Of a DNA stretch of 64,000 nt, positions 9,285 through 18,513 are shown one piece after another; the first letter of the stretch is position 1; every line of letters starts with the position of its first letter. The translations under genes were made by a program, and so were the position numbers. Origin of the DNA: a virus (taxonomy: Duplodnaviria > Caudoviricetes); the IMG/VR virus record IMGVR_UViG_2934077722_000001, positions 3,484 to 67,483 of that record. One strand, 5' to 3'. The notes below the pieces were generated by a model. It was not told the DNA's origin. It saw only the letters and a program-made list of their open reading frames with translations, and searched no databases.

Positions 9285-10892
9285 GTGGCTGGAATCATCG
9301 CGCCCCAGCGCACCCGCAAGAGCCGGAAGCCCACCGGCAAGCCAAACCCGCCGATCATCCTGCTCACCGGCCCCGAGAAGTCCGGCAAGAGCTATGAGGC
9401 CGCCCGCGGCTCCAGCTCCGAGCTGATCGGCATGACGTACTGGATCGAGATCGGTGGTACTGAGGGGACCGCCGACTACTACGGCCGCGTGCCCGGCGCC
9501 GCCTATGAGATCGTTCCGCACGACGGCTCGTACCAGGACATCCTCGACGCGATCCGATGGGTGAACCACCAGCCCCGCGTCGACGGCAAGCCGAACATGC
9601 TGGTCATCGACTCCATGACCTCCCTGTGGGACATGCTCAGCGACGAGATCGCCATGTACGCCCGCAACCGCGCCATAGCGAAGGCTCAGCGCAACCGCTC
9701 CCGCATTCCCACCCTCGACGACCCGGTCGTTATCGACTCCGACCTGTGGAACCGCGCCAAGGACCGCTGGGGCGAGGTCTTGTGGCTGCTCCGCCGTCAC
9801 CAAGGACCGTGCCTGCTGCTCGCCCGCACGGAGATCGTCACTGCCTTCGAGAACGACAAGCCCACCAGGAACACGACTCGGAAGGTGAAGGCGGAGAAGA
9901 ACTTGCCTGCCGCCGTCGACGCGATCGTGGATCTCCACGCCATCGGCGAAGCCTGGCTGACCGGCGTGCGCACCCTGCACATGGACATCAAGCCCGGCGA
10001 GAGTCAGCGCTTCCACGACTTCACCGTGGACACCCTGCTGCGTCGCCTTGGTCTGCAGGACGCCGCCGAGTCCCGCTCGACCTCCGAGCTGCGTCCCGAC
10101 GCCAGCTTGCAAGAACCGGGCCAGCAGCCACAGCAGCAGGCCGCGCGCCCGGCCCCGGCGCTGACCGGCGAGCAGGCCGCCAAGCTCATCCGCGACGCTC
10201 TCATGCACCCCACCGACCCGGAGAACGCCCTGCGCGAGCTGCGCGAGGAGCACGGCCGCCGCACCCTCGGGGCCGTGAAGACGGACACCGGGTGGGGCGT
10301 GATGAGCGCCGACGACCTGATCACCAAGTCCCTTGACCACCTCAAGACCAAGGCCGAGCAGGCGAAGAACGGCCAGGACGAGGGCACCCCCTCCTCCGTC
10401 GAGACGTCGCCCCACCTGTCCGGCGAGGAGGAGAAGAGCGGCCCGACCGACGGGGACGAGCCGGAGCCAGCAGGGGAGGGCACGCCGCCGCCCCCGGACC
10501 CCGCCACCGAGCCGCCCGCCCCCGAGCAGCCCGAGGACGTCAGCGAAGCCGAGGAGCCCCAGGACCTGCCCCGGCCGCGACCTGCCCAGGCGAACCGAGT
10601 CAACAAGGTCATGGCCGTGCTGCTCACCGAGGCGGAGATCCAGGCCCGCATCCTGGGCATGACAATGAGCGAGCACCTGGAGGCGATCTCCGACCCGAAC
10701 AACGAGGGGACGCCGCCGCCGATGGTGAAGCTGCGTTCGCACGTCATCGAAAACCGCCCCATGGTGATCGGCCTGCTGGAGGAGCGCGGCGAGCGCGACA
10801 TCGCCAACGCCTACCGACTCGCGGGCAAGCCGGAACTCAAGATCGCGTCCATGTTCGCGACGCTCTACTCCGACCTCGCCACCACCGGGTGA
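9285..10892 (+). CDS. AAA_24/Sak4-like ATPase (recombination) with long C-terminal extension
   Basis: Walker A GPEKSGKS, Walker B LVIDSMT. Confidence 0.75.
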   Translation: MAGIIAPQRTRKSRKPTGKPNPPIILLTGPEKSGKSYEAARGSSSELIGMTYWIEIGGTEGTADYYGRVPGAAYEIVPHDGSYQDILDAIRWVNHQPRVDGKPNMLVIDSMTSLWDMLSDEIAMYARNRAIAKAQRNRSRIPTLDDPVVIDSDLWNRAKDRWGEVLWLLRRHQGPCLLLARTEIVTAFENDKPTRNTTRKVKAEKNLPAAVDAIVDLHAIGEAWLTGVRTLHMDIKPGESQRFHDFTVDTLLRRLGLQDAAESRSTSELRPDASLQEPGQQPQQQAARPAPALTGEQAAKLIRDALMHPTDPENALRELREEHGRRTLGAVKTDTGWGVMSADDLITKSLDHLKTKAEQAKNGQDEGTPSSVETSPHLSGEEEKSGPTDGDEPEPAGEGTPPPPDPATEPPAPEQPEDVSEAEEPQDLPRPRPAQANRVNKVMAVLLTEAEIQARILGMTMSEHLEAISDPNNEGTPPPMVKLRSHVIENRPMVIGLLEERGERDIANAYRLAGKPELKIASMFATLYSDLATTG

Positions 10893-10980
10893 GGTGACGT
10901 GAGGTGACGGCACACGAGGCGCGCCCGATCCGGTCCGGGGCCGGGGCAGGGCGCGCCTTCCGCATCACGTCACGTCACCT
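10892..10980. terminator. Long imperfect hairpin after the AAA gene
   Basis: AGGTGACGTGAGGTGA...TCACGTCACGTCACCT arms with inner GGCGCGCCC/GGGCGCGCC arms. Confidence 0.55.
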
Positions 10981-11430
10981 ACAGAAGGCGCGCCTGCACG
11001 ACTCCAGCCACCGCGCAGGCGCGCCTTAGCCTTGCCACGGGTCCGCGCTACCCGGCTTCGCCGGCGCGCCCTCGCCGCAACGACAGCGCGCCGGAGGTGC
11101 CCGGAACCGGCGCGCCCCGAAGAGCGCGCCTCTGAGCCGCGCGCCATCCAGTGGCGCGCGGCACCCTGCTCAGCGCGCCCGCCGTGGCGCGCCGGCACTA
11201 CTGTGGCGCGCCATCCAACAGGCGCGCCACGCGCCAGAGGCGCGCGCTACCGAGGTGGCGCGCCACGGCCTCACTTGGGGATTCGCTCAGCGCGTCATGC
11301 TCAGGCGCGCCCCGTTCTCGTGCTGCCACGACCCGGCGGCGCGGGTGCTGTCCGGCGGGACGGTGGCGCGCTGCCGCGGCGCGGGCGCGCTCAGGTATGA
11401 AAAAGGGCGCGCCCGATTCGTGCGCGCCCA
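10918..11430. repeat. Intergenic array of about 20 GCGCGC(C) motifs
   Basis: GGCGCGCC/AGCGCGCC recur every ~10-45 bp between two convergent genes. Confidence 0.8.
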
Positions 11431-11447
11431 GGGTGGGGATGGCGTCG

Positions 11448-12281
11448 TCAGTTCCCCTGGCGCGCCTGCGCGCGGCGCGCTATCCGCCGCTGCTGGCGCA
11501 CCTCCTCGCGCGCCTTCTGCGCGTCGTTGCGCACCGCGTTGCGCAACTGGGAGAACTCCTCGGGGTACTTCTCGGCGAGGAGCCGCATCGCCTGGAGACG
11601 GTAGTTCGGCGCGGTCGGCATCCGGCCCCACCGCGCCACCGAGTAGTTCAGCGTGTACTGCAGGAACCGGAGCTCAGCCTCCAACCTTGACCGGAGCTGT
11701 GAGACGCGCGCTACGTGCGCCTTGCGCGACTCGCCCTCCACAGCGGGAAGGAACTTCTCCGGGGTGCGCATCATCTGCACGGCCAGGGCCTGGGTGCGTG
11801 GGGCCACCTCTGGCGATCGGAAGGCCAGCCCCTGGACATAGTCGCGGCCTGACCGGGCTCTGCCGGCGACGCTCTGGACGAATGCCGACCACTCCGCGGC
11901 GAACGCCTCGTCGTCGAGCTGCGCCAGGTACTCGACCTCGTCCGCGGCAAGGTCTTCGACCGCGGCCACGATGGGCTGCCGTGCGGCCTGAAGCTGCTGG
12001 CGGAAGACGCTGATGCGGGCCTGGTACTCGCGCTTCGACTCGCCGTCCTGGCGCGCCACGACCGTCTTGAACTCGCGGGCAGCGCGATCGGCCGCGGTGA
12101 GCGTACGACTGGCCAGATCCTGGGACCGGAAAGCGGCCCCCTGCACCTCGCGCGGTGCCCGCCGGTCGGTGCCGCCCTGTACGTACGTGGTCCACGCCTC
12201 GAAGAACGCCTGGTGCGACATCTCCTTCAGGCGCTCGACCTCTGCCGTGATCTCCACGGCAGGTGGCTGCGCGTCGGACAT
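11448..12281 (-). CDS. Hypothetical Arg-rich helical protein with a tandemly duplicated domain
   Basis: GGAGG RBS; VQGAAFRS..GESKR and VQGLAFRS..GESRK repeat units. Confidence 0.75.
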   Translation of the reverse strand: MSDAQPPAVEITAEVERLKEMSHQAFFEAWTTYVQGGTDRRAPREVQGAAFRSQDLASRTLTAADRAAREFKTVVARQDGESKREYQARISVFRQQLQAARQPIVAAVEDLAADEVEYLAQLDDEAFAAEWSAFVQSVAGRARSGRDYVQGLAFRSPEVAPRTQALAVQMMRTPEKFLPAVEGESRKAHVARVSQLRSRLEAELRFLQYTLNYSVARWGRMPTAPNYRLQAMRLLAEKYPEEFSQLRNAVRNDAQKAREEVRQQRRIARRAQARQGN

Positions 12282-12364
12282 CCCCGCGGTTCCTCCTGGT
12301 CGTAGCGACTTGCTGCTCTCAAGCCGCAGCGTGCCGCTTGTGGCGGCTGGTGCGTAGTAGGCGA

Positions 12365-12560
12365 TGGCCGCCTCGCAACCGAACCCACTCCGTGTGCCGG
12401 GTCATCGCAGGAGCAACCACTCTCCGGCCCTGAGCGCTCTGCACGCGCGCAGTGGTCTCGGGCTGGTGTCTGCTGGCCAGACCCGGGAGGAAAGGGGAAC
12501 CCAAACTCCCAGAAACCAGCAGCAACCCTCGACGCAGTGGGTTCGGCGGCGAAGCGGCCA
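12365..12560 (-). ncRNA. Putative structured RNA or leader closed by a 25-bp stem
   Basis: 12365-12389 and 12536-12560 are 22/25 complementary; two of the mismatches are G-U pairs on the minus strand; internal hairpins. Confidence 0.5.
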
Positions 12561-12612
12561 CCTTCGTGCGGATGATACCCGCCGGCGTCAGTGCGGACCG
12601 ACGCCCGCGGTG

Positions 12613-12933
12613 CTACCCGGCCTGTTCCGGGCGCTTCGGGCTGGTAACCGACTCGATCACAGGGGCGACCTTGCTCGGCTTCCAGATCAGGTCGTACGTG
12701 GACTGCGAGGCTGCGAGGACGGTGGCGAGCGTGGCGAAGGTGAGGGCGCCGTGCTGGAACTGCTCCCAGCCACCGGACGCGGCGACGGTGAAGACGCCCG
12801 CGGCCAGGGCGAGGACGACGGCTACCACCTTCTTCACCTCAGTCGACCAGGCCGGGCGCTGGACGATCGCGGTGAGCAGCGGGAGGAGAGCGCCGACCTG
12901 GGCGCCGGTGGTGATGGAATCGAGGGTCGACAT
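12613..12933 (-). CDS. Holin-like membrane protein
   Basis: 106 aa, three hydrophobic segments; LLPLLTAIVQRPAWS pattern; downstream of tail genes. Confidence 0.75.
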   Translation of the reverse strand: MSTLDSITTGAQVGALLPLLTAIVQRPAWSTEVKKVVAVVLALAAGVFTVAASGGWEQFQHGALTFATLATVLAASQSTYDLIWKPSKVAPVIESVTSPKRPEQAG

Positions 12934-12971
12934 AGGGGTTCTGCCCTTCTACTGGGTGATGTGGCGGGCAG

Positions 12972-13007
12972 AGCGTGCAGGTGCCGGCGGGCTTGTGTCG
13001 TGCGCTG
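12972..13007 (-). promoter_or_regulatory. Late-promoter motif (holin)
   Basis: CAGCGCACGAC-ACAAG...19 nt...CACGCT. Confidence 0.65.
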
Positions 13008-13009
13008 AT

Positions 13010-13420
13010 CTACGCGGGATCGCGCTGCTCAAGGTCGGAGGCGATCTCGTCGGGTGGCTCCGGAGCCGGGCGGTGGAGCACGTCGCGGACCAGGTCGCGC
13101 AGGTCGTGGATGTACTCGATCGCGGCGGCCTTCCAGCGGCGCCACTGCCGCTGCTCCTCCTGCAGGTGCTCGACGCGGCGCTCGAGGTCGCTGTACTTCG
13201 CCTCCAGGGACGCCATCCGCTCCTGGGTCTGGGTCGCGGCCGCGCGCTGCTGCTCCAGGAGGCTGGTGAATCCATCGGTGACGGTCTTGATCGCGGCCAC
13301 CTGGGCATCGCTGTCGTTCTTGCGTCTGGTCTGCCGGTACACCAGCCACGCGCCGCCCAAGGCTCCGACCATCCCGAAGAGGGGAGTCAGTACGGGTGCC
13401 AGCGAGACGAGTCCATCCAC
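13010..13420 (-). CDS. Single-TM coiled-coil protein (lysis-associated)
   Basis: GTG at 13420 after GAGGGAG; N-terminal TM then coiled coil; typical of actinophage lysis cassettes. Confidence 0.7.
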   Translation of the reverse strand: MDGLVSLAPVLTPLFGMVGALGGAWLVYRQTRRKNDSDAQVAAIKTVTDGFTSLLEQQRAAATQTQERMASLEAKYSDLERRVEHLQEEQRQWRRWKAAAIEYIHDLRDLVRDVLHRPAPEPPDEIASDLEQRDPA

Positions 13421-13496
13421 TGGCGCTCCCTCGGTCGATCGGTCATGGGTGCGCGGGAGCAGGGACAGTGGAGGTCCGCGGCTCCCCGCAGAGCGC

Positions 13497-13530
13497 ACCG
13501 TGCAGGACCAGAAGGCTTGTGTCGCTTCGT
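13497..13530 (-). promoter_or_regulatory. Late-promoter motif (variant, 18-nt spacer)
   Basis: AAGCGAC-ACAAG...18 nt...CACGGT. Confidence 0.5.
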
Positions 13531-13547
13531 GGCCTGCTCCGGGCGGC

Positions 13548-13748
13548 CTATGAGGGCGAGGGGACCTCGGTGAGGTCCGTAATGATCTCGCCGCACTGGC
13601 CGCAGACAGCGATGTACTTCGGCTCACCGACGTTCTCGTACAGCACGGCTTCGCACGGCTCGGCTGCCGCGGCTGGGCAGCCCTCGGTGTGGCACTGAGC
13701 CATCCGTCGAATCGACGGGGGGCGCGTTTCCACGTCTTCAGTTCCCAT
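13548..13748 (-). CDS. Small Cys-rich protein after the tail fibre
   Basis: CHTEGC...CGQCG; abuts the upstream tail gene. Confidence 0.6.
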   Translation of the reverse strand: MGTEDVETRPPSIRRMAQCHTEGCPAAAAEPCEAVLYENVGEPKYIAVCGQCGEIITDLTEVPSPS

Positions 13749-13749
13749 C

Positions 13750-15249
13750 TCAGCTCCCGATGATCATCCAGTCCACTGTCGTGCGGACCTTGGTGTCGCT
13801 TCGTGTCAGCCAGATCGTCATGCCCTGACTCGTGACATCTGTGGAGGTACAGGCGACGAGGCCCGTACCAGGGACCGAGCTGTGCGGACCGACGAAGCCT
13901 CGGTGCGTACTGCCGGCGACGTTGAGACCAGTAATGCTGACCGCCTGAGGGACGTTGGCGACCGCCGGCGTGATGTAGACGGTGCCGGTGATGATGTTCC
14001 TTGAGGTCACCATGCCGCTGACCAAGAGGTCGCACCGGCTGTCCATGGCGTTGGAGGCCATTTCGATGCGCGGCAGAGAGGATCCGTCCGGTGGCGCGCC
14101 GATGAGCCACATGGCTGCCATGACGCCGCTGGTGGTGCCCACGGACCCTGAGAACAGCCGGACGTTGCTGATGTTTCCCCCGGCGACCAGGTGGTCGATG
14201 CCGGGCAGCCCTGCGTACGGGATCCCCTCTTTGCCGAAGCGGACGTAGCCGCGGCTGAGCAGCGAGTAATAGCGGCCCAAGCCCGAGGTGTTGTAGGCGG
14301 CGAAGCCGACGTCCGTGGTGGAGTCGGCGAGTTTCGCTTCGGCTGCCAGCTGCCCGTTGGCGTCGTAGAGGCGCATGGCTTTGTCGAGCACGATGCGTGC
14401 TCCGGCCGTTCCGGTCTGGACCGTGGAACCGGTGATGACCTTGCCGTTCAGCGCGTCGGCCGCGATGAGTTCGGCGACGATGCTGCCGGCCTTGATGTGC
14501 GTGGCGTCCAGAGTGCCGGCCTTGATGTGGAGCCCTTCGAGGGACTGGGCTTTGACCTCCCGGCCGGTTATCGAATCTGCGGCGATCTTCCCGGCGACGA
14601 CCGAATTGGCGGCCAGGAGGTCGGCGCCAATCGTCTCGCGCACGAGCTTGGAGCCCGGCACGCTTTCGTCCTTGAGCCACATCGCCAGGTCGATGAGTTG
14701 TGAGAGGTCCGGACTGTCGACCTGGCGGGGCGTGCCCTGGACTGCGGTCGATGGGGGCCCGACGACTTGGGCGGCGTTCACGGCGACCAGGCGCACCCAC
14801 ACGCTCGCGTACTCGGCGGTGGCGACGGTGATGGTTCCGCCGGCGACGTTGGTGATCGTCGCGGCGAGCGTGGACAGGTCGGGGGTGAACTCGGCGCTCG
14901 GGCCGACGTGGACCTGGACGAGGGAGAAGTCGCTGGGGGTGGCGTACGAGTCGTCCCACAGGCCGTCCCAGCCGACCAGTAGCCCGGCGAGGACCGGCTC
15001 GATGGTGGGCGGTGTGGGCGTGGGCGGTGGGTCGGTGTTGACCGGAACTAGGGCCACGCCGCCGTCGGGCTGGACCCCGACGGACCCCTTGAGTGTGCCG
15101 TCGGTGTCGTAGATGTCCATCGAGCCGCCCTCGATGCTGGTGTGAGCGGCCTGTGTGGTGCGCTCCAGCGCCTGGAGGCGACGGTCGTATTCGGCCAGCA
15201 GTGCGGCGAGGCGCTGGGCGTCTGACTGCGTGTCCAAGAAGTTGACCAT
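13750..15249 (-). CDS. Minor tail / receptor-binding protein
   Basis: Coiled-coil N-terminus, fibronectin-like middle, repeats of the type A.(S/T)I.A..I.A, H-lectin-like end (VDWMIIG); probable leaderless ATG at 15249. Confidence 0.75.
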   Translation of the reverse strand: MVNFLDTQSDAQRLAALLAEYDRRLQALERTTQAAHTSIEGGSMDIYDTDGTLKGSVGVQPDGGVALVPVNTDPPPTPTPPTIEPVLAGLLVGWDGLWDDSYATPSDFSLVQVHVGPSAEFTPDLSTLAATITNVAGGTITVATAEYASVWVRLVAVNAAQVVGPPSTAVQGTPRQVDSPDLSQLIDLAMWLKDESVPGSKLVRETIGADLLAANSVVAGKIAADSITGREVKAQSLEGLHIKAGTLDATHIKAGSIVAELIAADALNGKVITGSTVQTGTAGARIVLDKAMRLYDANGQLAAEAKLADSTTDVGFAAYNTSGLGRYYSLLSRGYVRFGKEGIPYAGLPGIDHLVAGGNISNVRLFSGSVGTTSGVMAAMWLIGAPPDGSSLPRIEMASNAMDSRCDLLVSGMVTSRNIITGTVYITPAVANVPQAVSITGLNVAGSTHRGFVGPHSSVPGTGLVACTSTDVTSQGMTIWLTRSDTKVRTTVDWMIIGS

Positions 15250-15257
15250 GGCGCGGG

Positions 15258-15294
15258 ATGGTGCGCCCCGGTGGCGCTTTACGTCGCGTGCTGC
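15258..15294 (-). promoter_or_regulatory. Late-promoter motif (leaderless)
   Basis: GCAGCACGCGAC-GTAAA...19 nt...CACCAT, 8 nt, ATG. Confidence 0.7.
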
Positions 15295-15317
15295 TGTTCT
15301 CGGGGGAGCAGGGAAGG

Positions 15318-16520
15318 TCAGTATTGGAAGCTGTCCGAGCGCTTGAGGGTGAGGACGACCATGCCGTCGGCGCTGATCTCGTCGCTGACGATGCGGTGCC
15401 ACACGTCCACGTCGCCGACCCAGGGGACATGGACTTGGATGCGGATGTCGTCGCCGAGAGCCCAAGAGCCGAACCGGGCATTGGGGTGGTCGACGATCTG
15501 GATGGCGGGGATCTGGAGGGCCTGCGTTCGGCCGGCCAGTTCCCTCTCGCCGCGGGTGCGCAGTGCCTTGTCTGATGCGAGGGTCTTGTCGGTGACGGTG
15601 GCGACTCGGCGCAGCCGGCCGTCGTAGCGGTGGACCTGCGCCCTCTTCATCTTGCGGCCCTCGCCTTTGCCGAGGACGACGGCCTCATTCGCGTAGTCGT
15701 CGCCCATGCCTTCGGGCTTGGCGATGGCCATGATGTTCTCGCCTTGCGCGAAGCGGAGGTCGTTGCGCTTCCTGCCCAGCCGCGGCTTGCCGAGCATGAG
15801 GCGGTGGTCGATGGCGTTGCCGTCGGCCGCAGCCCAGGCGTGCGTCTCGACCCAGTCGAACGGGGTCGTGCGAGTTAGCGTGTCGAGGGCCTGGCCACAG
15901 TCCGGGTTGTCCCACCAAGCGAGTTCCCACGGGTCGGAGCCGTCGGCAGCGCCCAGATTCTCGCCCAGGTCGTGGGTGTCGATCTTCAGGCCGATGTTGC
16001 CGTACGGGCGGCTCTGGACGTGGTTCCAGATGTTGCGGAATGCGTCGTAGGTGTCGATGCGTGGCCCGCCGTAGGGCTTGGGCGGTGGGGGCACGCGCTG
16101 CTTGCCCTTTTTGCCGTCCACCCACCCGTCGTGATTTTTGTCCCGACCGGCATAGGGATCTTTGGGAGTGATCAGGGCGCCTGAGATCATGTAGGACTCG
16201 TAGGGAATGCCTTGCGGGTAGCAGGAGAACCCCTCGGCCTGGATGCTTGCCTTGGGCCCGTCGTAGGCGGTTTTCGTGACGATGCCGCCCCATCGGATGT
16301 ACCCCTCGATCTCCAGGTAGAGCTTGGTGCCCCACTCCTGCAGGATCGGTTTGCCGTCCGGCCCGATCATGCGCGCGTACTCCGGTTCGATGGTTCCGGC
16401 CATCGAGCCGGGCCCGGAGAGGTCCCGCTTGGGGTTGGAGGACAGAGTGAAGGGCACTTCCCAGTCCAAGATGGTCTCGGGGAGGGCGCGTTGGGCGATG
16501 AACCGCCAGCCGGTCGCCAT
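15318..16520 (-). CDS. Minor tail protein (Tal/gp37-like hub)
   Basis: Position after Dit; WGGIV, GEG..M..A and GDDIRI motifs of actinophage minor tail proteins. Confidence 0.75.
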   Translation of the reverse strand: MATGWRFIAQRALPETILDWEVPFTLSSNPKRDLSGPGSMAGTIEPEYARMIGPDGKPILQEWGTKLYLEIEGYIRWGGIVTKTAYDGPKASIQAEGFSCYPQGIPYESYMISGALITPKDPYAGRDKNHDGWVDGKKGKQRVPPPPKPYGGPRIDTYDAFRNIWNHVQSRPYGNIGLKIDTHDLGENLGAADGSDPWELAWWDNPDCGQALDTLTRTTPFDWVETHAWAAADGNAIDHRLMLGKPRLGRKRNDLRFAQGENIMAIAKPEGMGDDYANEAVVLGKGEGRKMKRAQVHRYDGRLRRVATVTDKTLASDKALRTRGERELAGRTQALQIPAIQIVDHPNARFGSWALGDDIRIQVHVPWVGDVDVWHRIVSDEISADGMVVLTLKRSDSFQY

Positions 16521-17497
16521 CAGCCCTCTTCCGGGTCGGGTGCCTCGGAGAATTCCACGTCCGCGATGATCGACGTAGAGCCGTCCACGGACACGTCACC
16601 GGTCTCGCTCCTGGACATGTACGTCTGGAGCGACAAGGTCTGTGTCGTGCCGCGCATGGATGACGGGATGTTGAGGCTGTCGGCGATGACGATGGTACTG
16701 CGCCGCGTGGCGTTGCCCTGGTCGTCATCGATGGCGGTGTTCTGGCCCAGGATGCCGCCGAATACGTTCTGCATGGACGCGAAGACGTCGGCCTTGGTCA
16801 TGCGGAAGCCGGCCAACGTCGTCATGATCTTGATCTTGTTGGCCCACTGCGGCACATCGATGTTCCACCTGGCCGGTTCCCCGGGCCAGTTGTGCCATTT
16901 GTTGTCGGAGTAGGTCAGGGTGCTCAGACCGCTCGGGAAGCCCGTGTAGAGCCGTCGTTCGCGGCGAGGTCTGACCATCTCGCGCAGGTCTTTGATCATG
17001 GCCGCGGTGATGGACGATGTGTTGGCGGGAATGTCGATCCGGGCCAGGGTGATCGCCGAGTCGAGAGGCCGGACCTGCCGGACGTTCGTCGTGGTCTTGG
17101 GCACTCCGGAGATCACCCGCGTGTAGACGTACGGGCCGACCTTGGGGTCCGAGGGCTGCGGCCACGTCTCCCCGTACGAGTAGGGGTTCTCGATGCGCGC
17201 GATGATCAGGTCACTGCGCGCCGACACCCCGGTCGCCGCGATCGGCACTTGGTCGCCGGTGGGCAGCCGTGCGGCGTACGCCTGATACGGAGAACCCAGA
17301 GAGCGGTTGAGGATCGCGCACGCCCCGATGGTGATCCCCACGGCGGCCGTCGGGGTGGCCAGCGCCCTCACCGCCAGGTCCCCGATCCCGACCACACCTT
17401 CGGCGCCGCCGAACGCGGCGTACGCCAGAAGCCGAGCGACCTCGGACGAGTGCTCGGCGCCCCCTTCGGTGAACCAGGGCACGCTGTCCCACGGCAT
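16520..17497 (-). CDS. Minor tail protein
   Basis: RSDLIIARIENP...AITLARIDIPANT..IT...IKDLR pattern; GGAGG RBS. Confidence 0.75.
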   Translation of the reverse strand: MPWDSVPWFTEGGAEHSSEVARLLAYAAFGGAEGVVGIGDLAVRALATPTAAVGITIGACAILNRSLGSPYQAYAARLPTGDQVPIAATGVSARSDLIIARIENPYSYGETWPQPSDPKVGPYVYTRVISGVPKTTTNVRQVRPLDSAITLARIDIPANTSSITAAMIKDLREMVRPRRERRLYTGFPSGLSTLTYSDNKWHNWPGEPARWNIDVPQWANKIKIMTTLAGFRMTKADVFASMQNVFGGILGQNTAIDDDQGNATRRSTIVIADSLNIPSSMRGTTQTLSLQTYMSRSETGDVSVDGSTSIIADVEFSEAPDPEEG

Positions 17498-17530
17498 GCT
17501 TACCTCCGCTGCTCAGTGATGTGGCAGCGG

Positions 17531-17566
17531 ACTGTGTCCTCGGCCGGGGCCTTACGTCGCGTGCTG
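17531..17566 (-). promoter_or_regulatory. Late-promoter motif
   Basis: CAGCACGCGAC-GTAAG...19 nt...CACAGT. Confidence 0.7.
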
Positions 17567-17568
17567 GC

Positions 17569-18513
17569 CTACAGGTAGGCGTAGGCGTCGCGCCAGGCGA
17601 CGGTCATGTACGCGGTGGCGGTAGCGTCGGTGCCCCGCAGAATGAAGTCTTGGCGGCCCACGGGCAGGCGCATGTCCTCCAGCCGCGGGGAGCTTCGGTA
17701 GAGGAGGCCGGCCACCGAGGCGCCGTTGCGCAGGACGGTGCGGGCCCAGGGGCGGGGATCGATGACGATCACCTCCCCCGCCTTGAGGCTGAGGTCGAGC
17801 GTCGTCTTCCACCGGCCGACGACTTCGATTGCGGGGGAGGTGATGGGGCCGTAGATGGTGACGACTGGCCAGGTGGCCTTGTTGCCGCCCACGATCACTT
17901 CCCCGGGGACCTTCCCCGAGCCGGCGCCCGTCATCGTCAGGGGCGTGGTCAATGGACCGACGAGTCCACGGTGCGGCGGCGGCTGGATGCGGACAGGGAC
18001 GCTCTGCTCGACGTCGTCGTAAGCGGTGTCGTCCTGGCACGCGAAGGTTGCCACCACAGGGGTGTAGCCCTGCCGGGTGAGTTTCGATGCGGCGGGCGCC
18101 CACTTCCTCGGCCTGCCGTAGAAGCGGCGGGCCCGGCCGCCCTGTACGGTCGACAGCACCGCCGGGGTGGCGAAGCGCAGGCGCAGCGCCTCGGCGTCCC
18201 ATGCTTGTCCCATGGCTGACAACCGGTCGAGGTTCGCGCCGTGGCGGCCCTGCTGGGTGAGCGCGTCGTCGACGGTGTCCACGCCGATCTCAAAGGTGAT
18301 AGTCGCTGCGGCCTTGAAGTCCTGCCCGAACCGGATACCGTCCGCGCGGGGCAGCGGAGTGTCCCCGGTGTCGGTGTCGCCGTACGCGATCTCGTGCGGC
18401 TCCAGCAGGTAGTAGCCGGACCGGATGGTGCCGAACGTGAACGCGGCGCCGGGGTGCACGCCGTTGGCGCTGTACGACAGCTTCCACTCACCCTCAGCCA
18501 GCGACATGGGCAC
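17569..18513 (-). CDS. Distal tail protein (Dit-like)
   Basis: Directly follows the tape measure; TWPVVTIYGPITSP motif; ends WRDAY. Confidence 0.75.
   Translation of the reverse strand: MPMSLAEGEWKLSYSANGVHPGAAFTFGTIRSGYYLLEPHEIAYGDTDTGDTPLPRADGIRFGQDFKAAATITFEIGVDTVDDALTQQGRHGANLDRLSAMGQAWDAEALRLRFATPAVLSTVQGGRARRFYGRPRKWAPAASKLTRQGYTPVVATFACQDDTAYDDVEQSVPVRIQPPPHRGLVGPLTTPLTMTGAGSGKVPGEVIVGGNKATWPVVTIYGPITSPAIEVVGRWKTTLDLSLKAGEVIVIDPRPWARTVLRNGASVAGLLYRSSPRLEDMRLPVGRQDFILRGTDATATAYMTVAWRDAYAYL

Noticed and set aside
10918-11430. CRISPR array or tandem repeat interpretation of the GCGCGC cluster
   Set aside because: The repeated unit is only 6-8 bp with irregular spacing, and there are no cas genes
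13750-15249. Diversity-generating retroelement acting on the tail fibre
   Set aside because: No reverse transcriptase and no TR/VR repeat pair seen in the window
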